Below are positions 40,091-49,282 of a stretch of DNA of 64,000 nt, one piece after another. Within the stretch, counting starts at the first letter, position 1. The number at the start of each line of letters is the position of its first letter. The position numbers were made by a program, and so were the translations under genes. The notes under the pieces are model-generated. The model was not told the DNA's origin and made no database searches. It worked only from the letters and a program-made list of their open reading frames with translations. The DNA is from Candidatus Sulfomarinibacteraceae bacterium (GTDB taxonomy: Bacteria; Acidobacteriota; Thermoanaerobaculia; Thermoanaerobaculales; Sulfomarinibacteraceae), in assembly GCA_963741385.1 (NCBI GenBank), contig CAVUHO010000003.1:435935-499934 (forward strand). Reading direction: 5' to 3'.

Positions 40091-40135
40091 GTGACAGCTT
40101 TGCAAGTGCACGCTAGAATGTCCCATCACTTGCAA
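40091..40135 (+). promoter_or_regulatory. candidate promoter GTGACA-N17-TAGAAT bracketed by 9-bp inverted repeat TTGCAAGTG / CACTTGCAA
   Basis: GTGACA at 40091-96 and TAGAAT at 40114-19. Inverted-repeat arms lie at 40100-08 and 40127-35, flanking the -10 element. Confidence 0.45.
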
Positions 40136-40164
40136 CCGGGTCTCCAGGTTGAGATGGGGGAGGG

Positions 40165-41202
40165 ATGAAGCCGAGCGACTACCGCGTGTTGATTCGGGGC
40201 GCCGGGGAGCTGGCGTCGGGCACAGCCCAACACCTGTATACCCAGGGCTTCACCAACATCCTCATGCTCGAACGGCGGTACCCCAAGGCGGTCCGCCGCC
40301 AGGTGTGCTTTTCTGAAGCGATTCTCGACGGCACCCAGACCATCCAGGGCGTACGCGGTCGCTATGTTCACAACGTGGCTGAAGCCGTGCAGGCCAACGC
40401 GGAAGGCGACGTCGCGGTTGCAGCCCTCGCGCTCGAGGATGTGCTGCATGAGTGGCAACCCAAGATCTTCATCGAAGCGGCCATGCTGCGAAAAAACTGG
40501 GGCCTCAAGGCAGGCATCGCTCCGGTCGTGATCGCACTCGGACCGGGGTATGTGGTTCGCAAGGACTGTGACGCGGTCATCGACACGGTGCGCGGTCCGC
40601 AGGTCGGCTCGGTTCTCGAGGACACCGGTGAACGATTGCGGGACGAGCCACCGGCGCAGATCCTGGGGTACGCCAACGAACGATCGGTCAAGGCGGTTCG
40701 CGACGGAATCTTTTTTACCCACCACGAGATCGGCGGCGAGGTCGGGCAGGGAGAACGGATCGGAACGGTGGTTTCGGTCTATGGCGTCGAAGATTTTCGC
40801 CAGGGTGTCCCGGTTGACGCGTCCTACCCGGTGACTGCCAGGATTGCAGGAGTTCTGCGCGGATTGTTGCGCGACGGCGTGCCCGTGAAAAAGGGCGACC
40901 GGATCGCCGATATCGACCCGCGAGGCCAGACCGACGACCTCGACAAGATCTCCGACAAGGCCCACCGCGTGGCCGAAGGGGTTCACGAGGCGCTGATGGG
41001 CTTGTTGGCCGAGGTCGCCAAGCGTCACCCGGGGCCGCGGCAGAAAAAGGCCGGCGCTTCGTCTCGGGTGAAATCGATCAGGGCCGGTTCGTCGTCGAAA
41101 ACGAAGGCGATCGCGGCGGGCGCGGGCTCCGCCGGGGGCCGCCGTGCGAAGAGTTCGGCGTCGAAATCTGGAAAACCCGGAAAAGGCACGGCCAAGGGCT
41201 GA
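40165..41202 (+). CDS. YqeB/EF2563-family (selenium-dependent molybdenum hydroxylase system-type) protein with basic low-complexity tail
   Basis: VLIRGAGELASGTAQHLYTQGF..LMLE...P.AVRRQVCFSEAILDG.QTIQGV resembles the YqeB/XdhC-like N-terminus (recognition from memory). The C-terminal 55 aa are K/R/S/G-rich. Confidence 0.55.
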   Translation: MKPSDYRVLIRGAGELASGTAQHLYTQGFTNILMLERRYPKAVRRQVCFSEAILDGTQTIQGVRGRYVHNVAEAVQANAEGDVAVAALALEDVLHEWQPKIFIEAAMLRKNWGLKAGIAPVVIALGPGYVVRKDCDAVIDTVRGPQVGSVLEDTGERLRDEPPAQILGYANERSVKAVRDGIFFTHHEIGGEVGQGERIGTVVSVYGVEDFRQGVPVDASYPVTARIAGVLRGLLRDGVPVKKGDRIADIDPRGQTDDLDKISDKAHRVAEGVHEALMGLLAEVAKRHPGPRQKKAGASSRVKSIRAGSSSKTKAIAAGAGSAGGRRAKSSASKSGKPGKGTAKG

Positions 41203-41206
41203 CAGG

Positions 41207-42112
41207 GTGGCGGCGGATCCAGTGGCGACGATCCGACATTTCACGAAACAGATGGTCTGGCGCCTGCGCCCGCCGGTGTTGGCACTTGGTGGAGGCGGTG
41301 CGCGAGGATTCGCCCACCTCGGCGTGTTGCAGGTCCTCGAAGAGTCCGGCCTGTCCTTTCAGGCGATCGTGGGCACCAGTATGGGAGCGGTGGCCGGCGG
41401 GATGGTGCTGGTCCATGGGTCCGCGAGTCGAGCCATCGAACTCTGGCGGGATGCGATCGAGAAGGGATTGATTCCCTCGGTGCGGCCGATAGGCGGGGTC
41501 CCTGACGCCCAGAAAAAAGAGCACCCCCTGATCCAGGTGGCCCGCCGGATCCGCAATCGGGTGGTGATCTCGTTTGCCATGAACCGGAGCACGATCCTCG
41601 AAAGCAGGGATCTCGAACAGGTGCTGGAGCACCTGGTGCCGGACGTGTCGTTTGCCGATCTGCCGAAAAAACTGGTGGTCGTTGCGACCGACCTCGAGAC
41701 CGGTGAGGCGGTCTGTTTGAGGGAGGGTTCCCTGCGGCAGGCTTTGGTCGCCTCGAGTGCGATCCCCGGTGTGGTGCCGGCGGTGGAAATCGGGGGCCGA
41801 TTGTTGGTCGACGGCGGGGTGGTCGCCGAGGTTCCGGCGGTGGTGGCCCGGAACGAGGGCTGGCCGGTGATCGCCGTCGACGTGTCCCTTGACGTTCCGC
41901 CAATCGGAAAAGACGACCTCGTGCTCGATACCATGATGCGGACGCAGATGATGACCGCCCGTCTGCTGCGGTTCCAGCAGCTCCAAGGAGCGTCTCACGT
42001 CATTCGACCGGAGGTCGGTTCGGCGCGTTGGGCGGAATGGCAGCGCTTCGATGACCTTGTCGAGATGGGGCGAATTGCCGCCCGCAGGTTTCTGGGCCTC
42101 ACATCATCGTGA
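41207..42112 (+). CDS. patatin-like phospholipase
   Basis: LALGGGGARGFAHLGVL (oxyanion GGGxRG), GTSMGAV (GxSxG), and DGG near the C-terminus. Start is GTG 41207, with ATG 41252 as an alternative. Confidence 0.85.
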   Translation: MAADPVATIRHFTKQMVWRLRPPVLALGGGGARGFAHLGVLQVLEESGLSFQAIVGTSMGAVAGGMVLVHGSASRAIELWRDAIEKGLIPSVRPIGGVPDAQKKEHPLIQVARRIRNRVVISFAMNRSTILESRDLEQVLEHLVPDVSFADLPKKLVVVATDLETGEAVCLREGSLRQALVASSAIPGVVPAVEIGGRLLVDGGVVAEVPAVVARNEGWPVIAVDVSLDVPPIGKDDLVLDTMMRTQMMTARLLRFQQLQGASHVIRPEVGSARWAEWQRFDDLVEMGRIAARRFLGLTSS

Positions 42113-43537
42113 CGCCTTGGCGTCCTGACGTTCAAACGTTTCCCGGTGGCGAACTTGTGCGCGGTGCAGCCAGGGCCGCCAGGTGGGAGACGACTCCAGC
42201 AGCTGCATGACCGTTGTCGGCGCCACTCCGCGTTCGCGCAGAGTTTCGACAAAGGTGGGCAGCTCTTCCCAGGGAGCCTCATCGCGGTCGGTTGCCAGAT
42301 GCATGAGAACGATGCCGCCATGAAGCTCGGGAAACCGCAGCAGACGGTCCATCATGGTGGATGAATTCTGGTACATCGACGAGTGTTCGTTGGCCACCCA
42401 GTCCCGTGAATCCAGGGAGGCGCCCTCCAGGGAGCTCCAGCGAACGTGCAGGTATCCCGTCTCCAGAGCCCACCCGCGGAGGGTGCTGTTCTCCTCGCCG
42501 TAGGGCGCCCTCCACAGAGGCGCCATCGGCCTTCCCGTGGCCTTTCTGAATGCCTGCTCGGTCCTGCGCAGCTCGTTTTGAAACCGCTCGCGGGTGATGC
42601 CGGTTTGCAGGTTGTGGCGACGGTCTTGCGCATACGTGGTGAGGTGGGGGTGAGAGAACGTGTGGTTGGCGACTTCATGGCCGGCGAGCACCGCTCGGCG
42701 AACGACTTCCGGGTAGCGTTCGACGAATTGACCGGTCACGAACAACGTGACCTCCAGGTCGAGGTCGTGCAAGAGGTCGAGCAGCTCTCCGGTTCGGTTG
42801 GACGACGAGTTGCCATCGAAGGTCAACGCGATGTGCGGTCCCGCGTCGGCTACCAACTGCAGAACCGGCGGCGACAGGGCGGGAGTCGGTCCAGCCGCCG
42901 CGACCCGGCGGGCCACCGGGTCGAGCGTGGCAGTTGGCCGCTCAACGGGCGTCGGTTGCGAAATGCCGGTCGGGCTCGGCGCCGCTGGAAGCACGATGTC
43001 GAGGGTGGGTTCGGACAGGGCGACGAAACGCAGCGAGCCGCTGTCGTCAACCGAAAGCGGGATCGACGACTCGGTGGCGCCTTCGGCGCCGATCGTGAGC
43101 ACCCTCGACGGTTGTTCATTCACCAGCACCAACACCTGCGTGCCGGGACGGCCCTCGACCCGTACGACCCGGCCGTGGTCGCCGTTGACGACCGTGGCCG
43201 TGAAGGTCGGTCGCAGGGTGGGTTCTGACTCACTCGAGTCGTCGGGACCGCTCAACGCGATCAGCTCGGCGATATGGAGGCCGATAACGGTCAGCAGGGC
43301 AGCTGATACGGCGGCGGTGACCGCCAGGACCCAGACGGGATGGAGAGGTCGGCGCGCGAGCCTCAAGCCGTCGAGGAAAAAACCCTTTGAAAGACCTGCC
43401 AGCCGGCACTTCCGGCCGCAGTAGACGTGGCTGCCGAAGCGCTGAACACAGGCCTCGCAGAGCCATTTCCGGCAGCTGTGACAGCGTTGACCGGCTTCCT
43501 TCGAAGGATGGTTGACGCAGGGGGAGGTTACCCGCAT
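42104..43537 (-). CDS. polysaccharide deacetylase (NodB domain) with N-terminal B-box-type zinc finger and TM helix
   Basis: CVNHPSKEAGQRCHSCRKWLCEACV..HVYCGRKC. The NodB region reads IALTFDGNSSSN...TLFVTGQF...GHEVANHTFSHP. Confidence 0.85.
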   Translation of the reverse strand: MRVTSPCVNHPSKEAGQRCHSCRKWLCEACVQRFGSHVYCGRKCRLAGLSKGFFLDGLRLARRPLHPVWVLAVTAAVSAALLTVIGLHIAELIALSGPDDSSESEPTLRPTFTATVVNGDHGRVVRVEGRPGTQVLVLVNEQPSRVLTIGAEGATESSIPLSVDDSGSLRFVALSEPTLDIVLPAAPSPTGISQPTPVERPTATLDPVARRVAAAGPTPALSPPVLQLVADAGPHIALTFDGNSSSNRTGELLDLLHDLDLEVTLFVTGQFVERYPEVVRRAVLAGHEVANHTFSHPHLTTYAQDRRHNLQTGITRERFQNELRRTEQAFRKATGRPMAPLWRAPYGEENSTLRGWALETGYLHVRWSSLEGASLDSRDWVANEHSSMYQNSSTMMDRLLRFPELHGGIVLMHLATDRDEAPWEELPTFVETLRERGVAPTTVMQLLESSPTWRPWLHRAQVRHRETFERQDAKASR

Positions 43538-43563
43538 TGCCGGCGACAGACTCTCGAAACGGC

Positions 43564-43592
43564 GTGACGCGGCGACCGGGCCACGTTAGAAT
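43564..43592 (+). promoter_or_regulatory. candidate promoter GTGACG-N17-TAGAAT upstream of pgsA
   Basis: Hexamers at 43564-69 and 43587-92, 81 nt before the pgsA ATG. Same hexamer style as the promoter at 40091. Confidence 0.4.
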
Positions 43593-43672
43593 CATCCGGT
43601 CCGGTCCAGCCCTCCGAGCGAAATCGACACGAACCCGGGCAGGGGGGCCGCCGGAACACAGAGGAGGTCCGG

Positions 43673-44215
43673 ATGTGGAACATCCCCAACATGTTGACCC
43701 TGTTTCGCATCTTTCTCGTACCGCTCCTCGTGGTGGTGCTGCTGACCGAAGTTCCTGACAAGGAATACTGGGGATTGGGCATCTTCCTGTTGGCAGCATT
43801 GACCGATGCCCTTGATGGAATTATAGCCCGTCGGACCAACCGCATTACCACCACCGGCGCCATGCTCGATCCGATCGCCGACAAGCTCCTGATGAGTGCG
43901 GCGTTTATTTCCTTGGTGGAGTTGGGGCAGGCGCCCGCCTGGATGGTGACGTTGATCGTCGGCCGCGAGTTCGCGGTGACTGCCTTGCGGCTGATAGCTC
44001 TCGAGCGGGGGGTTGCCATCTCGGCCAACTGGCTGGGTAAGGCAAAGACCACGGCCCAGATCATCACCGTCTCGATCCTCATCTTCAGCATCCACTCCGA
44101 CAAGTGGCAGATCATCGCCGCGGTGGCGCTGTGGATCACCGTCGCCCTGACCGTGGCCTCGATGGCGGTCTACTTCTGGCAGAATCGCGGTGTGTTGACA
44201 GAGGACCCGACGTGA
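43673..44215 (+). CDS. pgsA: CDP-diacylglycerol--glycerol-3-phosphate 3-phosphatidyltransferase
   Basis: NIPNMLTLFRI and the CDP-alcohol motif DALDGIIARRTN...GAMLDPIADK. Confidence 0.93.
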   Translation: MWNIPNMLTLFRIFLVPLLVVVLLTEVPDKEYWGLGIFLLAALTDALDGIIARRTNRITTTGAMLDPIADKLLMSAAFISLVELGQAPAWMVTLIVGREFAVTALRLIALERGVAISANWLGKAKTTAQIITVSILIFSIHSDKWQIIAAVALWITVALTVASMAVYFWQNRGVLTEDPT

Positions 44216-46722
44216 GTCGAGGGTTGCTGCCGCGGCAGCTACCCCTCTTTCTGGTTCGTTTCGGGCGCCGCCGGCCGCGGCTGATCGCGGTGGTGGCGTT
44301 GGCTTCATGGATCGTGGCAGCCCTCCTCGCATCGCAGGTGAGCCTCGAGACCGACATCCTGTCTCTGGTGCCGCGCGACAACCCGGTCGTCAAGGGATTC
44401 AGGACCACGGTCGAGCGTTTTGGATCGGTCGACACGTTGCTGGTGGTCGTGCATCTCGAACCCGGGATCGGGCTCGAGACCACCATCGAATTTGCGGACC
44501 GCCTGGCGGGTGTGCTTCGGGCGTGGGACCAGATCGACTGGGTCGAGTACCGGGTCGACAGCACGGCCGAGGCCGCGGTGCCGCTGCTCGACCGGGCGAC
44601 GCTGTTTCTGGAACCGGCGGAGTTGGACGAGGTCATCGCAGCTCTCGACGACAAGGGTCTGGAAGAAACCGCCCAGAGTCTGCGGGCGCAGCTGATGGCG
44701 CCCCAGAGCCTGGTCACGAAAGACCTCCTCCGGCTCGACCCGATGGGACTCCTGCCGCGGATCCTGGCGCGGGTGAAATTGGGCGGGGTCGGCGTCAGCG
44801 TCGACCCCGAGACCGGCTGCCTCATCGACGGCAATCGACGATTCCTGCTGATCATGGCCAAACCGGTGCGGCCGGCCCAGGATCTGGAGTTCGATCGGGA
44901 ACTGGTCGAGGGCCTTGACCTGCGCGTCTCGGAACTTTCCGCCCGGTGGACGGAAGAAACGGGGGAGGGTCCGGCGCCGCGGGTCGAGTTCACCGGCGGT
45001 TACGTGGTGGCGCTTGACGATGCTCGCCTCATCACGTCGGATGTGGTGGTCGGCCTGGTGTCGTCCCTGGCCGGCGTCATGCTGCTCTTCCTGCTCGCGT
45101 TTCGCAGTTGGGCATCGCTGGTCTACGCCTTCTTCCCTCTTGTCACGGGGATCGCTCTGACCTTTTCATTCGGAGCGTTGGCGTTGGGCCGGATCAATTC
45201 CCTGACCTCGGCGTTCGGCGGTCTCGTGATCGGGCTCGGGATCGACTTCGTGATCGTGCTCTACGCCCGCTATGTCGAAGAGCGGCGACGGGGTTCGTCA
45301 CACGTCGAGGCGGTCGATGCGATGGGCCGGCACACCGGGGTCGGCGTGCTGCTCGGCGCGGTGACCACGGCCGCCACGTTCTACTCGTTCCTGGTCACCG
45401 ACTTCGCCGGTTTGTGGGAACTGGGGTTGTTGACCGGCACCGGGATTCTGCTGCTCGTGGTCACGGTCTACACACTGTTGCCAGCTCTTCTGACCTTTTT
45501 CGATTCTTATCGGCAGGTGGACAAACAGCTCTACCTCCATTCCTTCGGGTCTGATCTGCTGTGTCGCGCCGCCATGCGGCGGCCTGTGGTCACCATCGTT
45601 GCGGCCACGGTCATCACCGTGGCTCTCGGTTTTGCCGCGCGATCGCTCGAGTGGGACGACGATTTCAACCACATGCGATCGGGGGACAATCGGGCGATCC
45701 AGCTTCGCCAGGAGGTGATGGATGCATTCGACCTCCGTTTCTCGCCCATGGTCCTGCGCGTCGACGGTGCCAACGAAGCGGAGGCTCTGGAAAAGGCGCG
45801 GGCGATCCTCCCCGATGTGGAGGCCCTGGTCGACGGCGAAAACCTGGTTGGTGTGGACACCATCGCCGGTGTCATCCCCCCGCAGGATGTGCAGGCGGTC
45901 GTGATCGCCCGCCTCGAGGAGGCGGCCCCGGGGTTCGACGGGCTCCACGAACGATTCGACGCGGCGTTGCGTACCGCCGGACTCAACCCGGTCGCCTTCG
46001 AAACCGGGATCGATCACCTGGTGACGGCATTGCATCGACGACAACCGCTGTCGCTCGCAGACCTCGAGGGGACGGCCCTGGCGCGCGTGGTGGATCGCTA
46101 CGTGGCGACCGCCGACGGCGAAGTCTCAGCGGCGATTTACCTCTACCCGCCGGTCGGGCAGTGGCGGCGTGGAGCGTCGCCGGCGCTCGCCGCGGTGATC
46201 GAGGCACATCCGGGCGCAGTGTTGGCCGGCGCCAACGTGATATCGGCGGAGCTCCGCAGGATCGTGTGGAAGGATGCCGTCAAGGCCTCAGTGCTCGGGT
46301 TTGGACTGGTCTTCGTGCTGATGTGGGCCGATCTCGGCGGACCGTTGCGCGCATTGCTCGCGTTGGTGCCGCTCATCGTCGGCATGGTGTGGATGCTCGG
46401 TGGAATGGCCGTGCTCGGGTTCCGCCTCAATTTCTTCAACATTTTCGTCATCACCATGATCATCGGCATCGGGGTCGACTATGGGGTTCACCTGCTGCAT
46501 CGCTGGTACGAGTCCGGCGGCGACCGGACACAGCTGGCTGAAACCGCCAAGGCCATCGCCGTTGCAGCCCTGACGACGGTCGTCGGGTTCGGTTCGCTGG
46601 TGCTGTCGCACTATCCCGGGCTCCGCTCGGTGGGGGCGGCGGCGATACTGGGCGCCGTTGCCACGTCCGTCCTCGGCATTACCCTGTTGCCGGCCTTGCT
46701 TTCCCTGAAGGAGGACTCATGA
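44212..46722 (+). CDS. MMPL/RND-superfamily transporter (HpnN-like exporter)
   Basis: 836 aa with two blocks of about 6 TM helices, each after a large loop. GIGIDFVIVLYARY and IGIGVDYGVHLLHRW are typical MMPL motifs. The GTG start overlaps the pgsA stop. Confidence 0.8.
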   Translation: MSRGLLPRQLPLFLVRFGRRRPRLIAVVALASWIVAALLASQVSLETDILSLVPRDNPVVKGFRTTVERFGSVDTLLVVVHLEPGIGLETTIEFADRLAGVLRAWDQIDWVEYRVDSTAEAAVPLLDRATLFLEPAELDEVIAALDDKGLEETAQSLRAQLMAPQSLVTKDLLRLDPMGLLPRILARVKLGGVGVSVDPETGCLIDGNRRFLLIMAKPVRPAQDLEFDRELVEGLDLRVSELSARWTEETGEGPAPRVEFTGGYVVALDDARLITSDVVVGLVSSLAGVMLLFLLAFRSWASLVYAFFPLVTGIALTFSFGALALGRINSLTSAFGGLVIGLGIDFVIVLYARYVEERRRGSSHVEAVDAMGRHTGVGVLLGAVTTAATFYSFLVTDFAGLWELGLLTGTGILLLVVTVYTLLPALLTFFDSYRQVDKQLYLHSFGSDLLCRAAMRRPVVTIVAATVITVALGFAARSLEWDDDFNHMRSGDNRAIQLRQEVMDAFDLRFSPMVLRVDGANEAEALEKARAILPDVEALVDGENLVGVDTIAGVIPPQDVQAVVIARLEEAAPGFDGLHERFDAALRTAGLNPVAFETGIDHLVTALHRRQPLSLADLEGTALARVVDRYVATADGEVSAAIYLYPPVGQWRRGASPALAAVIEAHPGAVLAGANVISAELRRIVWKDAVKASVLGFGLVFVLMWADLGGPLRALLALVPLIVGMVWMLGGMAVLGFRLNFFNIFVITMIIGIGVDYGVHLLHRWYESGGDRTQLAETAKAIAVAALTTVVGFGSLVLSHYPGLRSVGAAAILGAVATSVLGITLLPALLSLKEDS

Positions 46723-49139
46723 TTCATCAACTCAAGCCGCAGGACCTGGCGTGGCGGTGCCCGAAGAGTTGGGTGCCGAAAACCGGAACCGCTGCCATCA
46801 AACCGGCGGCTACCATCGTCGCTCAGGATCGGGCGGTGGAGGCGATCGCCTTTGGCCTCGGGATCCGCAGCCTCGGTTTCAACGTTTTCGTGACCGGGAT
46901 GTCCGGCACCGGGCGGCTGACCACCATCAAGCAATTCGTCGAGCGCCTCGCCGAAGGCGAAGATCGCCCTGACGACATCTGTTTCGTATCCAATTTCCGA
47001 AAACCGGACGAACCCTGCGTGCTCTTCCTGAAGGCGGGAACGGGCGGGAAGCTCCGGAAAGGCATGGACGACCTTATCGATGAGATGTCGCACAATCTCC
47101 CGGGCATCCTCTCCGACCGCGAGTTCCGGTCGCGGATCGAGCGCGCGGTCGAACCGCTCCAACGGCGGGAGAAGGAGCTGGTGACGGCATTCGAGAAGGA
47201 GGTCACCGAGTCCGGTTTTTCATTGGTCCAGGTCCAGGCGGGGATGGTGACGCGGCCGGACATTCTACCCCTCGTCAAGGAAACTCCGGTGCCCATCGAA
47301 AAACTCGGAGAGCTCGCCGACCAGGGCGTGCTGACGACTGACCAAGTGACCAAACTGACCCTGGAGCACGGTCGGCTCACCGAGAAGTTTCACGATGTGT
47401 TTCAGGAGGTCTCGGAGATCCGGCGGATGGTGCAGCACCGGGTGGAGGACATCCGGCGAAAACTCATCCAGCCCGCCTTCGACGCGGCGGTCGATCGCGT
47501 CCGCCGTTTGGTCAAGGACCCCCGTGCGGGCGCCTACCTCGAAGCGGTAGCGGCGGATCTCGGTGAAAACCTGGAGCTGTTCATGATCTCCGCCGACGAG
47601 GTGCCGGGCGACGTGGATCCGTTCTTGCGTTGGCGCGTCAACCTGGTGGTGGACAACAGCGATGCCAGCGGACGTCCGGTGGTGATGGAGACGGAGCCCA
47701 GCTACACCAACCTCTTCGGCACCATCGAGCGCGAGATGACTTCCTCGGGGGAGACTTCGACATCGTTCATGCATATCCGGGCGGGATCGCTGCTGCGGGC
47801 GAACGGTGGTTTTCTGGTGCTCAACGCAGACGACGTCTTGATGGAACCGAGAGTGTGGCCGGGGCTCAAACGTGCGCTCAAATACCGCCGGGTGCAGATC
47901 CAATCCATGGAGAGCATGGTTCTCGGAGCGATCCTGCTCAGCCCGGAGCCTGTGCCGATTGATGTCAAGGTCGTGATTATCGGCAGCCGGAACATCTACG
48001 ACCTTCTTTTCCAGTACGACCGGGACTTTCCGAAGATCTTCAAGGTGCTGGCGGATTTCGACAACCTGCTGGAAAACTCGCGCGACCACGCCAGGGATCT
48101 TCTCTCGGTGTTCCGAAAGGTGATCGACGAGGAAGAGCTTTTGGAGCTGGACGCCGGAGGGGCCGCGGCCCTGCTCGAGGAGGCGGTTCGCCTCGGCGGC
48201 TGGCGGCGTCGGTTTTCGAGCCAGTTTTCGGATCTGGCCGATCTTCTTCGCGAGTCGTCGTACGTCGCCGAACAGGACCGGGCAAAGGTCGTTTCGAGGG
48301 CCCACGTCGAACAAGCGCATGGCGCCCGCCACCGCCGGCACTCCCTGAGTGAGGACCGCTCCCACCAGATCATCAGCGAAGGCGTGGTGACCATCGCGAC
48401 CTCAGGCGTGGTGGTCGGGCAGGTGAACGGTCTCGCGGTCTATGACCTCGGCCACCACAGGTTCGGCAAGCCGAGCCGCATCACGGCCCGGGTGGGTCTC
48501 GGACGCGAGGGGGTCATCAACGTCGAACGGCAGGCAGGTCTGTCCGGACCGACCTATGACAAGGGGGTGAGCATCCTCACCGGTTTCCTTCGCGGCACGT
48601 TCGCGCGGAGATTCCCGCTCACCATGGCCTGTTCGGTGACTTTCGAACAGTCCTACGGAGGGATCGACGGTGATTCCGCATCCTCCACCGAGATCTACGC
48701 CATCCTCTCGGCGCTTTCGGGGATCGGCCTGCGGCAGGAGGTCGCCGTCACCGGATCGGTTGACCAGTTCGGCCGGGTGCAGGCCATCGGCGGCGTCAAC
48801 GAGAAGATCGAAGGCTTCTTCAGGGTGTGCGAGGGCGCCGGTCTGACGGGCAGCCAGGGAGTCCTGATTCCGTTCACCAACGTCCGCGACCTCAACCTCT
48901 CGGCCGAGGTGGTGCAGGCGGTGGCGGAAGGCCGATTCCATGTCTGGGCGGTGGACGCCATCGCGGATGGGATCGAAATTCTCACCGGGGTCGAGGCCGG
49001 CCGCTGGCGAAAAAGCAAGGGATGGACGCCCGGCAGCGTATTCGAAAAGTGCCAGAACCGGCTCGACGAGATGGTCGACCTCATGCGGACGGCAACCAAG
49101 GGTCGAAACGGCGACGCGAAAGTCGAGCCGAATGAGTGA
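46719..49139 (+). CDS. Lon-family (LonB/LonC-like, COG1067-type) protease with degenerate Walker A
   Basis: 806 aa. P-loop-like VTGMSGTGRLTT, with R/L in place of K-S/T. Lon protease domain GIDGDSASSTEIYAILSALSG (Ser) and AIGGVNEKIEGFF (Lys). The ATG overlaps the MMPL stop (ATGA). Confidence 0.85.
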   Translation: MIHQLKPQDLAWRCPKSWVPKTGTAAIKPAATIVAQDRAVEAIAFGLGIRSLGFNVFVTGMSGTGRLTTIKQFVERLAEGEDRPDDICFVSNFRKPDEPCVLFLKAGTGGKLRKGMDDLIDEMSHNLPGILSDREFRSRIERAVEPLQRREKELVTAFEKEVTESGFSLVQVQAGMVTRPDILPLVKETPVPIEKLGELADQGVLTTDQVTKLTLEHGRLTEKFHDVFQEVSEIRRMVQHRVEDIRRKLIQPAFDAAVDRVRRLVKDPRAGAYLEAVAADLGENLELFMISADEVPGDVDPFLRWRVNLVVDNSDASGRPVVMETEPSYTNLFGTIEREMTSSGETSTSFMHIRAGSLLRANGGFLVLNADDVLMEPRVWPGLKRALKYRRVQIQSMESMVLGAILLSPEPVPIDVKVVIIGSRNIYDLLFQYDRDFPKIFKVLADFDNLLENSRDHARDLLSVFRKVIDEEELLELDAGGAAALLEEAVRLGGWRRRFSSQFSDLADLLRESSYVAEQDRAKVVSRAHVEQAHGARHRRHSLSEDRSHQIISEGVVTIATSGVVVGQVNGLAVYDLGHHRFGKPSRITARVGLGREGVINVERQAGLSGPTYDKGVSILTGFLRGTFARRFPLTMACSVTFEQSYGGIDGDSASSTEIYAILSALSGIGLRQEVAVTGSVDQFGRVQAIGGVNEKIEGFFRVCEGAGLTGSQGVLIPFTNVRDLNLSAEVVQAVAEGRFHVWAVDAIADGIEILTGVEAGRWRKSKGWTPGSVFEKCQNRLDEMVDLMRTATKGRNGDAKVEPNE

Positions 49140-49282
49140 TATGGCGAGCATCAGCCGGATGTTGAGAAGAGTGGCTTGTGATCTCCGTCACGTTGATTTG
49201 ACACCCCGCGGAGTGGATGGGACAATCTGGTTGCGATACTCGTGAAAACGTGTTCGCTATGTCCCATTGAAGGAGGGGCGGC

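Noticed and set aside
46719-49139. Lon-like protease as BrxL of a BREX defence system, and the patatin gene (41207-42112) as a CBASS CapV effector
   Set aside because: No PglX, PglZ or BrxC genes flank the protease, and no cyclase or CD-NTase gene flanks the patatin gene. Both sit among housekeeping genes with overlapping start/stop codons.
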